Positions 1 to 14,705 of a stretch of DNA of 64,000 bases are shown here, one piece after another. The stretch's first letter is position 1, and every line of letters begins with the position of its first letter. Under the pieces are notes generated by a model that did not search any database, was not told where the DNA came from, and saw nothing but the letters and a program-made list of their open reading frames with translations. The translations under genes were made by a program, and so were the position numbers. The stretch comes from Eledone cirrhosa (taxonomy: Eukaryota): NCBI GenBank assembly GCA_964016885.1, contig OZ024749.1:25420001-25484000 (forward strand), read 5' to 3'.

Positions 1-2
1 AC

Positions 3-377
3 AAATGTAAGGTTGTAACACCCACGTCCCGTAGGGCCTACATAGGGTTAACCGCCAATAGTTTCAAGCAGCGTTTTTACATGCATACCCATTCTTTTCG
101 TTACCCTCTAAGAAGGAATATGACGTCACTTTCAGCTTATATCTGGAGTCTAAAAGACAACCACACCCAATATAAGTTACACTGGGAGATCCTAGCTAGG
201 GCTAGATCGTATAACGGAAATAAAAGACCATGTGACCTCTGCGCCGCTGAGGCCCTGGAAATACTCTACGCCACAGACCACATCTTAAACAAAAAATCTG
301 AGGCAATTTCGGCTTGTAAACATAAATTGCACAAAACTTTCCTGTATTACAGCCCCACGTTATACCCTAACGGATAG
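3..377 (+). CDS. PLE GIY-YIG endonuclease, C-terminal part (open from the window edge)
   Basis: Frame from nt 3 reads KCKVVTPTSRRAYIGLTANSFKQRFYMHTHSF...LSAYIWSLKD...RPCDLCAAE...LNKKSEAISACKH, collinear with the PLE ORF at 6483-7529. Confidence 0.85.
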   Translation, partial: KCKVVTPTSRRAYIGLTANSFKQRFYMHTHSFRYPLRRNMTSLSAYIWSLKDNHTQYKLHWEILARARSYNGNKRPCDLCAAEALEILYATDHILNKKSEAISACKHKLHKTFLYYSPTLYPNG

Positions 378-1305
378 CACGATCTATACGTGGATATTTT
401 ACGTCTTGATGTGGGAGCTAAGTATATGTTTTGTTTATTCCTTTACTTATTTGCATAGGTAAGTATATATTACCCATATGTTTTGTGAAGGTATGTATAC
501 CTTCTCGTACGTATATTTGACTGTTATGGCGTATCATTTTTACATATTCTGGTATTTAGGGTTTGGCTATGTGTATACGGGAGTTTTGCGTCCGAGTGAG
601 TATGCAGGTTCGTACGTATGGTGGGTGTGTGTATATGTGTACTTCTTGTTTTAGTTGACTTACGTCTCCGAACATTCGTGTATTTATATGTACGTATGTG
701 TGTGCGCTTGTTATATACGTATTTATTTACTTATATACGTTTATATAATTATTTATTTATTTGTACACAAGCATACACACACACACATATTTATATGTGC
801 GTGATTTTGTATACCTATGGTAAGGTTTTGCGTATGCTTGTGTATGTACGTATCTGTTTGCGTGTATGTATTTATTTGTTTCTATTACTTCTGTATCGTA
901 TTTATTTACTTTGTTCTTAACTCTGTAGCGGAGATTCATTTGGTCTCCTAGTTAGAATTTTAGTCTACGACTTCTGCTATACCATTTACGTGGTTTTGTC
1001 TTTGCGTGCTTTTGTTCTCCACGCTCCACATATGACTTATTATCTTCGTTTTTTCGTTCATTGCCAGAGAACGTCTATATGCACCACCCAAAAGAACATT
1101 AGTCTACGACTTCTTTTATACCATAAACGTGGTTTTGTCTTTGCGCGTAACTGTTTTTCACCGCTCCTATTAATGACGTATTATTCGTTTTTTCCCGTTC
1201 TTTGCCAGCGAACGTTACCACGAACCAAAGTATCGTCTTCCTGTCTTCCTCCGGCTGCAACGTTTTTTGAAATATCCAGTTCTGCGTTTACAGATTGACT
1301 TTGTT

Positions 1306-1356
1306 AGTTTTAGAAGATCCCGTTAAAGGTGAAAGCAGTGATTCTTTGCTTAAACT
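1306..1356 (+). ncRNA. Hammerhead-like motif with variant core (family A)
   Basis: agttt-TAGAAGA-tccc gttaa aggt-GAAA-gca..tgc-TT-aaact. Copies at 2378-2428 (+) and 61291-61341 (-) have CAGAAGA and a ccc/ggg stem II. Confidence 0.55.
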
Positions 1357-1486
1357 TTAATCGGTTATTTTAATAAATATTTGCTCTACGGTTCTTATAT
1401 ATTTGATATATACTTTCCTTATCGAGCCCTCTTTGGATTTTAGTCTTCAATTTTATTATTATTACTATATATATATATATATATAT

Positions 1487-2547
<1,061 letters not shown>

Positions 2548-2702
2548 ATTTGGCTCTACTAACAGCTGTTCATGCGACGAGCTTACTCCTTTTTCTATGA
2601 ATTCGGATATACACTTTCTTCGTCTCGACCAGAGACGACAATATTTATTTATAAAATATATATATAAGTTTCTTATAGAACTTATTCACTTTTCAAATAT
2701 AT

Positions 2703-2769
<67 letters not shown>

Positions 2770-2913
2770 GATAGATAGATAGAAACATACATACATAGAT
2801 AGATATGTGTATGTATGTGTGTGTGTAGAATATAAAGAATTCAAAGACAATAAAATTACATATAGCAAGTACACGTATTTAGGAGTATGTGTCTATATAT
2901 ATATATATATATA

Positions 2914-2991
2914 CAGAGTGTCCCCAAAATATATATACACGCGTTGATTAAAATGCTGTTGAAGTGTGTATATATTTTAGGGGCCACACTG
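2914..2991. mobile_element. Tc1/mariner-type MITE
   Basis: Imperfect TIRs cagagtgtccccaaaatatatatacac / gtgtatatattttaggggccacactg, flanked by TA. A similar degenerate copy lies at about 28113-28198. Confidence 0.55.
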
Positions 2992-3301
2992 TATATGTAT
3001 ATGTACGTGCGTGTGTGTGTTTTTTGTGGTTGTATATATATGTATATATAGAGGGAATATATACATATACAGAGTATATGATAAATCGATAAAAAAAACA
3101 TTTTAGAATCACGTATATTCAGATGAGTGGAATATATAGGAAATATAAAATATCTCAATATATCGAGAGTATAACATTGAATTTATTTATTTACTCATTC
3201 ATATATATCTTTTTATGTTTTCCTTTACATTTTATGTGTATTAATTAAATTATTATTTTCAATTTAATTATTATATGAGTACGCCTCTGTTTAAATATAT
3301 A

Positions 3302-3381
<80 letters not shown>

Positions 3382-3789
3382 ACACATATATATAGGTTTA
3401 CATATATCTATATATGTGTGTGTGTCCCTTTGTTTGTGGTGAGGGAGTGTCAGAAAGTGGATTTGCTTGTATGTGTCTGTGATAATGTGTGTTAATATGT
3501 GTATGTTAATGTGTGTGTCATTATGATTGTATTTGAGTGGGTCTGCTTGTGTGTTTGCGCATGTGTATGTGTGAGTATTTGTGTATTTAAGTGAATATAT
3601 ACAATGTTGTTGTCGGTGTTGTTTAACAATAGCTCAGCCATGATGGAAATATCTCTTTAAAGAAATACCATTCGAGACCATCTCATTATTATTAGAATTA
3701 GTATTACTACTATTTTTTTACTATTTAATACGACCAGCCATGATGTTGTTTTATACCGGTTCTGTCGCGGAATACCGGCCTAGATCTAG

Positions 3790-4075
3790 TAGCTTAGGGT
3801 AGCCCCAACTTTTTCATATCCTTCCGAGTTATTTCTCTACTGCTGATAGTCAAGAACCTTTCTCAATATTCGGGCTGTTTCCACTAGGAATATATTTCCT
3901 CTATAGCTGTTCAATCTCTGGTACAAAGTCCATCTTTGCCAGGTAGTTCTCAAGCTCTTTTCATCTTACTAAGAGAAACAATCACCACTGGGACAATGGT
4001 GACTGCGTTCATTTCATTACTCCAGTATTTCATGCTTTCAGATTTTAGGTCGGTATAAATACTTATTATCTCATT
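3790..4075 (-). pseudogene. 3' relic of a restriction-like-endonuclease (RLE) LINE
   Basis: Minus-strand pieces read YTDLKSE..W....VTIVPVVI and LVETARILRKVL, similar to the C-terminus of the LINE at 14.7-16.5 kb. Confidence 0.55.
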
Positions 4076-4124
4076 TGGGGATTCGATTATCCCAATGTGT
4101 GAATGGTATTATATTTTATAGACA

Positions 4125-4310
4125 TTGGCGGTATCGGTAGAAGATCGAACGCCATGCTTTCCAGCATAGAGTTACGTGCCTGTCCAGTCTGAGTTCAAAT
4201 CCCGCCGAGGTTAACCTTGCCTTTCATCCTTACGGGGTCGATAAAATATAGTACCAGTAATGTACTGGGATAATTGCTGGCCTTGTGCCAAAAGTAGAAA
4301 CGATTATATT
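4125..4310 (+). mobile_element. tRNA-derived SINE family 1 (MetaSINE-like central domain)
   Basis: A box TGGCGGTATCGG, B box GAGTTCAAATC, core gcctttcatccttacggggtcgataaaat..agtaccagt, tail ggccttgtgcc..agtagaaac. Fragments follow at 4315-4540 and 4870-4940. Confidence 0.8.
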
Positions 4311-5214
4311 TCATAGAGCTGTAAGGATGAAAGGCAAAGCCAACCTTGACGCGATTACATTTGCCATTCATCCTATCGACTCCGTGAGGGGGAAAGGCAA
4401 AGCTAATCCCACCGAGGTTAGCCTTCTTTTTCATCCTTACTGTTCCATAAAATAAAGTACCAGTAACGAACTGTGGTTGATTTATTCATCTTTACCCTCC
4501 TTCCAAATTATTGCCCTTGTGCCTACTTCAGAATTCATTGTTTTGTTTAGAGAATGTAGAGAATGTAGGACGTGCTTATTCGATTTGGAGTAGTTCCATC
4601 GTGTTACTGCGTTCCGTATGATGATGCAACAATTGTCGGATCGAGGAAAGTCGTCAGGCCATGAATATTGCCTAAAAGGTGACCCCATAGTAAATATAGT
4701 TAATTTCTACTTTAGTCAGGTATATAGCCCAAATTCGACATTTTTGTTGATGTTATTGTTTTCTGTTGTATTGACCAGTCAAATATTTTTTTATATTAAG
4801 TGAGGTATGGCGAATGACTTGGCCGCCATACTGGCTGTATACTCTCTTCAAAATAATTATATGTAGTAATACACTGGAGCCGATTTAATTGATTTTCCTT
4901 CCCCCAAACTTGCTGGCCTTGTGCCTATAGTAGAATAAAATATTATCATTATTACTACGTACAGTATAAGAGAATCCATAGACCGAAACGCCATGCGCAG
5001 TGTTATTACTTGTTACTTCAATATACCAGAGTGAAGCCAATTTTGAACAAGTATGGTTGATAGGTCATCGGCTGGGCTAAAGTCTGAATACAGAAATGGC
5101 GGAAAGTAGAAATTATTGATTATTAATAAATGTATATGAAGCGAACATCTTCGTGAGGGGGAGAAAGGAAATAACGCAACAGTGTAAGAGAACTATGTTA
5201 TTATTTTGATTAAG

Positions 5215-5420
5215 ATAATTAAGACATCGGACAAAATAGTTTGTAACATTTCGTTACGACACTTTAAGTTCTGAGTTCAAATCTCGCTGAAGTTAGATTT
5301 TCATTTCATCTAAATGGGTCGATAAAATATGTACCAGTAACGCAATGCGGTCGATTTAATCGAGATTACCTCCACCCACATCCGCGATGCTTGGCCTTGT
5401 TCTGAAATCATAAATCATTT
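5215..5420 (+). mobile_element. SINE family 1, diverged copy
   Basis: gagttcaaatctcgctga...gggtcgataaaatatgtaccagt...ggccttgt. Confidence 0.65.
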
Positions 5421-5683
5421 TGAGTCGTACACTAACTGGTGTTACGCTACCATAGGTTTCAAGTCTTAGGTATGGTACCATCTTCGGGTTTTACACAGTG
5501 GAGTAGAATGAATGAAGCAGCAATACAAGGTGGAGGCTTACTTTGAATCTGATGAGTAACTTTGTACAAATAATTATTCTTTCAAAGCGATATATATATA
5601 TATGAAATAGACATGAGTACGTAAAGAAGGAAAGCGAGAATATTCGTTTCTCTTTCGGTAGTATATATATATGTCTATATATA

Positions 5684-5715
<32 letters not shown>

Positions 5716-5718
<3 letters not shown>

Positions 5719-5978
5719 CAATATGTAGAAAAGATAACACAGTAGAGAGAGAAATAGTGCGCCATCAGTACAACAGGGAAAAACCACCAGTGTATGGAGT
5801 CTATAGCCCATAGAGTCCATACACTGTTGGTTTTTCCCTGTTTGACTGATGGCGCAATATTTCTCTCTCTACTGTGTTATCTTTTCTACATATTGTATTA
5901 TAAAGAGCTCTGGATTCCTTCTCCTTTGAGCACAATAATGACAGGGAATAGCGAAAGTCTATGGCTCCGTTAATTTAT

Positions 5979-5985
<7 letters not shown>
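5716..5985. repeat. (TA)n-flanked hairpin insertion with arms of about 88 bp
   Basis: 5716-5803 is the reverse complement of about 5809-5900, followed by a unique tail of about 85 bp and then (TA)n. Confidence 0.8.
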
Positions 5986-6040
<55 letters not shown>

Positions 6041-6070
6041 AGATCAAAAGATGGTTAAAAGAGTTCCATG

Positions 6071-6141
6071 TATTTTATTATGCGCATTTCAAAAACAAAT
6101 ATCATCATGGGATGATATTTGCGTTCTCATCAGATAAAATA
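6071..6141 (-). ncRNA. Type I hammerhead ribozyme
   Basis: Minus strand: tattttat-CTGATGA-gaacgcaaatatcatc ccat gatgatatttgttttt-GAAA-tgcgca-TA-ataaaata. Stem I is 8 bp and stem III is palindromic. It sits in a (TA)n-flanked insert of about 120 bp. Confidence 0.8.
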
Positions 6142-6351
6142 GGGAGACATGATATGAAGCTTATATATATATATATATGTCGATATATATATATATACAT
6201 ATATATATACATATATATATATATGTCTATATATATATATATGTCTATATATATGTATATATATAAATATATATATATATACATACATACATTTATATAC
6301 ATATATATATATATATATGTGTATATATATATATGTATACATATATATATA

Positions 6352-6413
<62 letters not shown>

Positions 6414-6482
6414 ACATATATATATATACACAGATATATATATATATATATGTATATAAATGTATGTATGTATATATATATA

Positions 6483-7529
6483 ATCAGATTCTTCCGCGAC
6501 TGGGGATTTAAAATAACCCTACAAACGTCCCTGACCCGAGTAAACTTCCTGGACGTGACCCTCGACCTCGAAAACGACCTGTACTACCCATACAGGAAAC
6601 CTAATGACAATCTGCACTACATCCACCGCCGATCAGACCATCCTAGGAACATCACAAACAACCTGGTCAAAAACATCTCCCTCCGCATATACCGTTTGTC
6701 AGCTAATGAGCGGATATTCGATGAACATGCGCCTTATTACAACCAGGCCCTCAAGCGGAGTGGTTTCCGGGAGGAAATATCCTACTGTCCAGCTCCCATT
6801 AGCGGAACCAGCAGGAGACACCGCCGCTCACGCAATGTAACATGGTTCAATCCTCCCCACAACGCAGAGGTGACAACTCCCATCGGGAAACTATTCTTTA
6901 GGCTCATTGAAAAACACTTCCCATTACAACACCGCTACCACAACATAATTAACAAAAATACCATCAAACTCTCTTACAGCACTACACCAAACTTCGCTCA
7001 AAACATCGTCTCCTCGAACAACAAAAAACTCAACCCCGATGGCAGAAATAACCTAAATAGCAGTGGAGAACAGACCAGGAGGTGTAACTGCCCGGATAGA
7101 TCTATTTGCCCACTCGACAATAGATGCAGAGACCGTAATGTGATCTACCAGTGCAACGTGAGGACGGATACCTCCAACAAAGCCTATATAGGACTTACCG
7201 CATGTGACTTCAAGACCCGGCTATACCAACATAGACATACCTTCCGAAACCCGGCCCGGCGTCACGCCACTACACTTTCGGGCCACATATGGGACCTCAA
7301 GGACAACAACATCACCTATGATCTCACTTGGAGATTACTGTCCAGAGCCAATTCTTACACGGGAGGACGCCGTCCGTGCAATTTATGCTCGGAGGAAACT
7401 TTACAAATGCTATTTTCGACGGACCAACTCCTAAACAAGAAAGATGAACTGGTCACTGCATGTAAACATAGATTGCATAGGACTTACCTCGCCCTCAAAC
7501 CCCATAATGACCCGGGGGGGGGGGGGTAG
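6483..7529 (+). CDS. PLE polyprotein C-terminal half: RT end/thumb, CxCx5C linker, GIY-YIG endonuclease (5'-truncated; the upstream YI repeats in the ORF track are microsatellite)
   Basis: [71 protein letters not shown]...CKH. Confidence 0.9.
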   Translation: MRFFRDWGFKITLQTSLTRVNFLDVTLDLENDLYYPYRKPNDNLHYIHRRSDHPRNITNNLVKNISLRIYRLSANERIFDEHAPYYNQALKRSGFREEISYCPAPISGTSRRHRRSRNVTWFNPPHNAEVTTPIGKLFFRLIEKHFPLQHRYHNIINKNTIKLSYSTTPNFAQNIVSSNNKKLNPDGRNNLNSSGEQTRRCNCPDRSICPLDNRCRDRNVIYQCNVRTDTSNKAYIGLTACDFKTRLYQHRHTFRNPARRHATTLSGHIWDLKDNNITYDLTWRLLSRANSYTGGRRPCNLCSEETLQMLFSTDQLLNKKDELVTACKHRLHRTYLALKPHNDPGGGG

Positions 7530-8637
7530 ACTAGGGCTATAACACCCCACTTGCCGATTTTGCAATGGGTAACCCCTGCTTGCCAAGGAAGACGTAAGAT
7601 CTTCTTTGTATTCTTTTATCGCTTCCTTTATTTCCTTCCCCCCTCTCTCCTTAGTCCTTCTACCCCAGCTCTTTTCCTTTGTCGGCGTCTTTTCTCGCCC
7701 ACCCGAGGCTGCCCTTTGGCCCCATGTAGCCTTAGTACCCCCTCCACCCCCTCCCCTAGTCTATGATAGATTTGGCGGACTCCGCCCTTTATAGCAGTTG
7801 GCTTAGACCCCGGATACTTGCCCCCTTTTTCCGACCGCTCCCACTATTCTCGGTGCCCTCTATATTTCTTAGTGGCACTTATGCCTTATTTTTTCGTTTC
7901 AGTATTTCTAGCTTCGCTTTTCTTCTGGGCGGGGTGGATTCTGAATTTATTTCTCCGTATTCTACCTTTATTTCGTACGAACTTTCATGTAGCTTGTTTT
8001 AGATCTTTTGGAGTTAGCATTAGTATATATTTTTCTCGGGACTCAGAATTATTATCTCGTACAAGTTCACTTTGCTGCACTGGGTCGTTGCTGGCCCGGG
8101 ATGGAAACCTTTATTGTTTATTTCGTGGTAGTTTCTTTAGTATTTTGGCCCCTTTTGTTGACCCGTCACCGTATCATTTACGTACTTATACCTCTTAAAA
8201 GGGTCCTTGCCTATACCGTCCCACCTAGTTCTTTTTACTTATTTCGTTATTTCTTTATTTATTTATTTCTTTACTTCTTTCTTTCTTTATTTATTTTATT
8301 CTAGCCTAACAATAGCCTGAGACCTAGGTCGTAGAATTTAATTTACTTTACTTTTTTCTTTACACTTATTTGCTTTTCTTCACTCTCAGTACTTTTTCTT
8401 TCCTATTTCTACCCCCCATTGTTCTACCTACCGTTCCGACTTCCTCCCCCTCCCCCTCCCCTGTATCTTCTTTGACCTCATGCCCAGCTGTAGCTGGCAC
8501 TACCAACGCTGGATTGGGTCTACTCCACCCCTCCCCTCTTTCTCCTACTGGCAGGTTTAGCCACCATCTCGCCTACTAATTTGCAACCACAGAATTACTA
8601 CTGATTTTTGACAATCACTTTGACCATATATGGAATT

Positions 8638-8731
8638 ACCCCTTGAGAAGATCGGCTATTTAAATACCAGGATAAATTTTCATTTAGTCCAGAATTAGCC
8701 GTCGAAACGGCTTGAGCTCAGCTGTCGGGGT
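8638..8731 (+). ncRNA. Hammerhead ribozyme, U3-A8 core variant, in PLE family B 3' end
   Basis: acccc-TTGAGAA-gatcggcta...tagccgtc-GAAA-cggc ttgagctca gctg-TC-ggggt. Confidence 0.75.
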
Positions 8732-8822
8732 CTTACTGGTTCCTATTACCCACTCTACTACCTCAAGTATTGAGTACTTTGGTGCGTTATGGTCCACCTG
8801 GTTCCTTACCACATTTCCTTCG

Positions 8823-8879
<57 letters not shown>

Positions 8880-9213
8880 TTTTGTACTTACTTGAATAAG
8901 AGATACAAATTTATATCTTGAAGACTAATACAATGCGCTATGAAGATTGTTAAATTGCCAAGAAAAAAAAGATACTTGCCATAGCAAATTTAATTATCTC
9001 AAATATGTTTTGGATTAAAAACCCTGTAAGAAACTTAAAAATCGATCGTATAGAATTCGTTGTATGGGAGCAGATTTAAGTTATCTTGGCATGTTGACAA
9101 TCTTCATAACGCACTGTTATGGTCTTCATAATGTAACTATATATATCTGTGTTCGTCTTTCTTTACTATGTTTTACGGGTTGAATTTTTTTTCCTGGAGC
9201 TATTTTGATTATG

Positions 9214-9289
<76 letters not shown>

Positions 9290-9485
9290 GAAGAAGTTTA
9301 TGAAACGGAAATGCAGGTATAAAGAATTTATTAGGTAACAATTGTTTCTATAGTGTGTGGGTTACCTATACCTCGCTATTTGTATAATATAAAAATATTA
9401 TCATAAATCGTAGGTACACCGTAAGAGAACACACCATGTCGTCAGATCTTTCATATATATATATGTGTGTGTGTGTATATATATA

Positions 9486-9547
<62 letters not shown>

Positions 9548-9583
9548 CGTATATATATATGCATATATATATATGTGTGTGTG

Positions 9584-9649
<66 letters not shown>

Positions 9650-9779
9650 GTAATATGTGAGCGTATTGTGTGATATTTCGCTATTTCTATTGATAAGATG
9701 GGTTAAGCTCCATGCAATTTTTCTCTTTAACGCATTGAATCGCCCGTTGTAAATAACATTGGTTCCCCGTTTTATTGAA

Positions 9780-10082
9780 TTTTGAATTATATATATATTT
9801 ATATATATGCAAAAGTTCAATTTAAATTGTTGGGATACAACAAGCAAATATTATTATAACTGATATAAAGCACTCGACAAATATTTGGAGTAGATATACA
9901 GTATTAATAAATGGAAACTATATTTATAAAACCATATTTATTGCATTATATATATTTCAAGGATACCAAGTTAAATGATGGTATATCTTCATCAGACAAA
10001 ATACAATATATTGTTATATATTGTATTTTGTCTGATGAAGGAATACCATGATTTAACTTGGTATCCTTGAAATATATATAAT
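9780..10082. mobile_element. Hairpin insertion of a PLE family C 3' end with two outward-facing hammerheads
   Basis: Hammerhead on - at 9940-10002 and an inverted copy on + from 10025 (CTGATGA aggaatacca..tggtatcctt GAAA tatata TA). Homologous to 48723-48925, 51855-51968 and 52620-52735. Confidence 0.75.
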
Positions 10083-10806
10083 ATATATATATATATATAT
10101 TTCGATTTCAAATATTGCAACCATCTAATCGTCAGCTGGCACATATATGTCATATTTATGTTTCTTTAGGTCTGCAAAAGGCGTTATATTTCTTTCTGCA
10201 GATATTGCAATTAAGAACATTACTTCCACTTCGGTTCCCCGTTTCATATTTTTTTTTTTTTTTTTTAAGAAGATCTCAAATGTCGTTTGGATTCACTGGC
10301 CGACGTACACTGTTTTCCGCATTTCCGACAGGAAGAAATGTTTAAGAGTCCATAATAACCGGTAACAATATGTACATGACTTCTCTGATTACTTCTAAGA
10401 CAGTATGTATATATACTACTCTAGTATAGAAGAACATTATCGAACTTTATCTGACCGCAGCTATTCCACGCACACACGCGCCTGATAGAGTATTTCAGTG
10501 TACGAACACGATAAATAGCGGAGGCCACGTATTGTCACTCCCCAACACAAAACTGTTCCCACTGCGAAATCAGAAATATAGGAACTATTAAATCACTCCC
10601 AAATTAACTCTATCTGGTGTTATTATATTTTAAACTTTTCCTACGTTCTTCTACGCTCTCTACGTCTCTTTCTATGCTTCCTCTCACATCTCTCTATCAT
10701 TACCACGTGATTCTGGGAGCCGGAGATCTACCCATCTGCATTGTTGATGCTTCCAAAATGACTATCTTTATTATTCCACAATGCTTCAAGCAAACTTCAA
10801 CACTCT

Positions 10807-10879
<73 letters not shown>

Positions 10880-11528
10880 GTGTGTGTGTGTGTCTGTGTG
10901 TGTGTATGTCTGTGCGTTTATGTGTATGTGTGTGAGACTGTGTGTGTGTTTGTGTAAATGATTGCTGCGTGTATGTATGTGTGTATACTTGTGTGTATGT
11001 GTGTATACATGTGTATATGTGAATATATGTTTGCGTATATCTCTGTGTGAAACACCTATCCAACGAGCTGATCACTAAGATCGATTTCCGGAATTTCATG
11101 ATTCTTAAGCACAAACACACATACAAACACACACACACACACCTCACACACACACACACATAAATATACACACATACACACACATACATACACCCTTACA
11201 CATATAAACACATACCAGCATCTATGTCTTCGCCTTCACATTATTTTACTATTATTTATTTGTGTTTCTCTACAATCAATTTCTGTCTAGCTGTTGTAAT
11301 ATTTAATATGAAATCTATTATAGTTGGTGTCTTATCGATTTTTCATCGGGTCGCTCGTATATGATTTTGTCTGCTAGATATACAGGAAGTGAAAAAATAT
11401 ATACACAATCAGATAATGCAAACTGCGTAGATTGTATAATTTTTTCTTGTCTATCGTATTTTGTTTCTATGCAAATCTGTAGGTCGATGTTATATGTAGA
11501 ACTATCTTCTTCTGTGTATGTATATATA

Positions 11529-11636
<108 letters not shown>

Positions 11637-11709
11637 GTCCATATATATATATATATATATTTATATACATACATACACATATATACATAGCTATATATAC
11701 ATATTTATA

Positions 11710-11750
<41 letters not shown>

Positions 11751-11805
11751 ACATATATATATATACATATTACTACATATATATATTTATTTATATATTA
11801 TATAC

Positions 11806-11903
<98 letters not shown>

Positions 11904-12189
11904 TTATACATACACACATATATATTTATATATGTGTGTATATATATGATATACATGCATATATATATATACATATTTATACATATATATATATTTATTT
12001 ACATATATATATATATATATAGTTTTCGAATTCTTACACGTTGGTGATATTTCTTTCGTCATTTGTTGCTATTTTTGTCGTAACTGTTTACTTATTTTTG
12101 TTGATTTTGTCGTTGTTATAGTTGCTGTTTTAGTTGCTGCTATTGTTTTGTGACTTAATTTTATGTTATGTCTCCCAAGTCTCTTCTGA

Positions 12190-12520
12190 TAGGCATCATC
12201 TCAAATTGAATCATCTAATAAACCCTTTCTTCCTTTGTTGCATCCTTCCTTCCATTACATTTTTCATGGCACTGGATAGAAATTTGATTGTGTATAGACT
12301 GATATTTCTAATATTTCGAACAATCGAGTATCGTCTCTTCCTCATTGGCTTCTTCAACACTGTATAGGAACTTGGGAAATAAAAGCACTGCGAACAAATA
12401 TCAAATGACATTAGCCAAGTCAAGTGGCTAAGGATTAGATGAAGTGATCTAGAGATTTCTACAGAGTAGAAATTGGAAATTAAGCCGACATGACATCCGG
12501 AGATCACTTTAGGTACATAC
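12190..12520 (-). pseudogene. Possible RTE LINE 3' relic
   Basis: Minus-strand MKNVMEGRMQQRK resembles the RTE C-terminal EG...G.R.RGRP region; heavily degraded. Confidence 0.3.
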
Positions 12521-14479
12521 ACACATATGACGTACTCTCTGATAAAGAGAAAGTGTGTATAGGAGCTACATTAAACTAGAGAATTCTGATAGCAGAAGTT
12601 TATCAAGGACAGCGAAGACGTTCATATCTTTCAGTTTAACAGATACACATACATCCCCAAGGATCTCGTTTGTTCAGTCCTCAATTTCGACACATTAGAT
12701 TTCGAGAGGACGCCTCAATAACTTCAGTTAGTCATTAACCTTCGCTTCTTGATTGCCATTGCTATATTTTTCTATAGCTTAGTTATCAGATTCTCCTATA
12801 ATAAAAAGAAACTGCCATGTTTGGCATTATCATACTTGGTACGCTGTGTCTGAATAAACTTACACAAGACAGAGAAATAACCGGGATGGTTAGAGCTGAA
12901 ATATTTTTTGCATCATTGGTGTGGAATGAAAGAAAATGGTCTACGTAGCTTTAGATAACTGAGAAGAAACAAGTATGAAAAAAAAAGAAACAAACTGTGA
13001 TGGTCACAGCTGGAATATATTTTATCATTGTTTTGGTCGATAGATCAAAGTTGACCAATAATTAACGCACAACAAACGCACCAACTCCAACAACATCAAT
13101 GATAACAACAGCATTAATAACAACATTAATAACAGAAGTGGATTCCATACATCTACACTAACTGACCGTCTATCTTTGTATCTAAATATATTCTTAATTT
13201 GATCTGAATATTTCATAGCAATTTATTTTATTACTCCGTCTAATATGTCTATTAATTCGACTATAAATAGTATTTGTTTCTTTTCAATCACGCCAATTTT
13301 TCATTTCGTTTGATGAGTATTTTTATGATAAGTTTTACATTTATGGTGTGGTGGCTTGGTAGAGTTTTTTGATCATCAGACAAGTAATTATTACTATTAG
13401 TTCAGGATCTTTAATCTCTTAGTTCTAATTGCCTGTCATCATTTCGGGTTCGATAAAATAAAGTACCAGTGTAATACTGGGTCCACTGTAATCAACTTTT
13501 CCCATCAAACAAACTACTGGCCTTATGCCTAACTTAGAAATCATCAATATAATCAAATTCTATTACGGATTACGGAACAGACGGTCTCTTCTGTTGGGAA
13601 CGACATAAGAGCGTTGAGTGATTCGATCAAACAGAAATGCCTATTCAATGACCTAGCGTGCCGGATTAATTGGATAGGAACCCCTGGAAATCATGTCTAA
13701 GGACACTGCTTCCACGCACCTTCCCTTACATATAACCCAATATGTTACTGGTCCTTTATTTTATAGTGAGATGAAAAGCAATATTGAAAGGCAATGTTGC
13801 CCAAGATGTCAGACGGTCAGACCGATCCCGAAACCACGAAGTTAACTTATTAACCACCTAGCCTTTCGCGTGTATATGTGAGAAAAAACTCTTTCAGTAT
13901 TATTTCCTTTATAAAATAATTGCTTCATAATGAGTCAGTTTTACATTTTTTTTCTCGTTAATAATGTTGAAGTTTGGTGTTCATACATTAAGGACATGTT
14001 TACTTAAACTCTTTCATTCGTTTTTAAATGGTTTAATCTTCGATTGATTGCGGTTCTAAAATAATTATCGATCTTTGATGTGTTGTACATTTTTAATTAA
14101 CGTTTAGATTTTAGATTTTTTCAATAATAAAATTGGGATTTATTTCGTGAGTAAAGAATGAGAATATATGATGTGATGCAATTATTTTGTTTTGATGGTA
14201 TTGTTTGAAATTAGTAAAATAATATCTGTGACCTTTTCCAAATATATGTCGCTACCAAATAAAATCTTTTTATAAAAGACACAGTTCATATCCATACTCA
14301 AAGATCGATCGATTGAATTGATCGAATCAACAAAATCCCAGACCTCATTCACTTACCGAGTGGGTTAGGGGTGAGACTGGGCAAATCGGTTCAAGGTAAC
14401 AATGTTTCCATTGGTCTTTAAAATTGTGGATAATATCTACCGATCGCAACACCTGCTGGGAATAACAACGTGAAATATA

Positions 14480-14582
14480 GGGTATTTCTCAAGAATATGA
14501 TATCTCGCATCGCCTCGTCCGGAAATCGAACATGCAACTTCAAGATTGCGTATCCAATTCTCTAACCGCTAAGCCAAGCATT
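14480..14582 (-). mobile_element. tRNA-like SINE head (family 2 type)
   Basis: Minus strand: gcttggcttagcggttagag...gttcgatttcc, similar to 60880-60945. Confidence 0.5.
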
Positions 14583-14705
14583 TTCTCACACATACATACG
14601 TAAATATATACACAAATATACATAAAGACATACATTTGTACGGACTTGCACGTATACATACATGCATACATACATATGCATGCATACATACATACATAAA
14701 TACAT

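Larger units (their letters stand above)
1..1470 (+). mobile_element. Penelope-like element 3' portion (family A): GIY-YIG C-terminus, T-rich 3' UTR, hammerhead-like motif, end in (TA)n
   Basis: GIY-YIG coding frame to 377, then a 3' UTR ending ...ttattattacta-(TA)n. The same 3' end recurs at 1553-1633, 2097-2180, 35655-35745 and, on the - strand, 61240-61760. Confidence 0.85.
6481..8825 (+). mobile_element. 5'-truncated Penelope-like element (family B) in (TA)n
   Basis: RT thumb plus endonuclease ORF, a 1.3-kb pyrimidine-rich 3' UTR, a hammerhead near the end, and (TA)n on both sides. Confidence 0.9.

Noticed and set aside
5840-5970. Hammerhead in the 5.7-kb hairpin insert (CTGATGG...GAAA gtctatggc TC)
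   Set aside because: Core mismatch and no convincing stem I.
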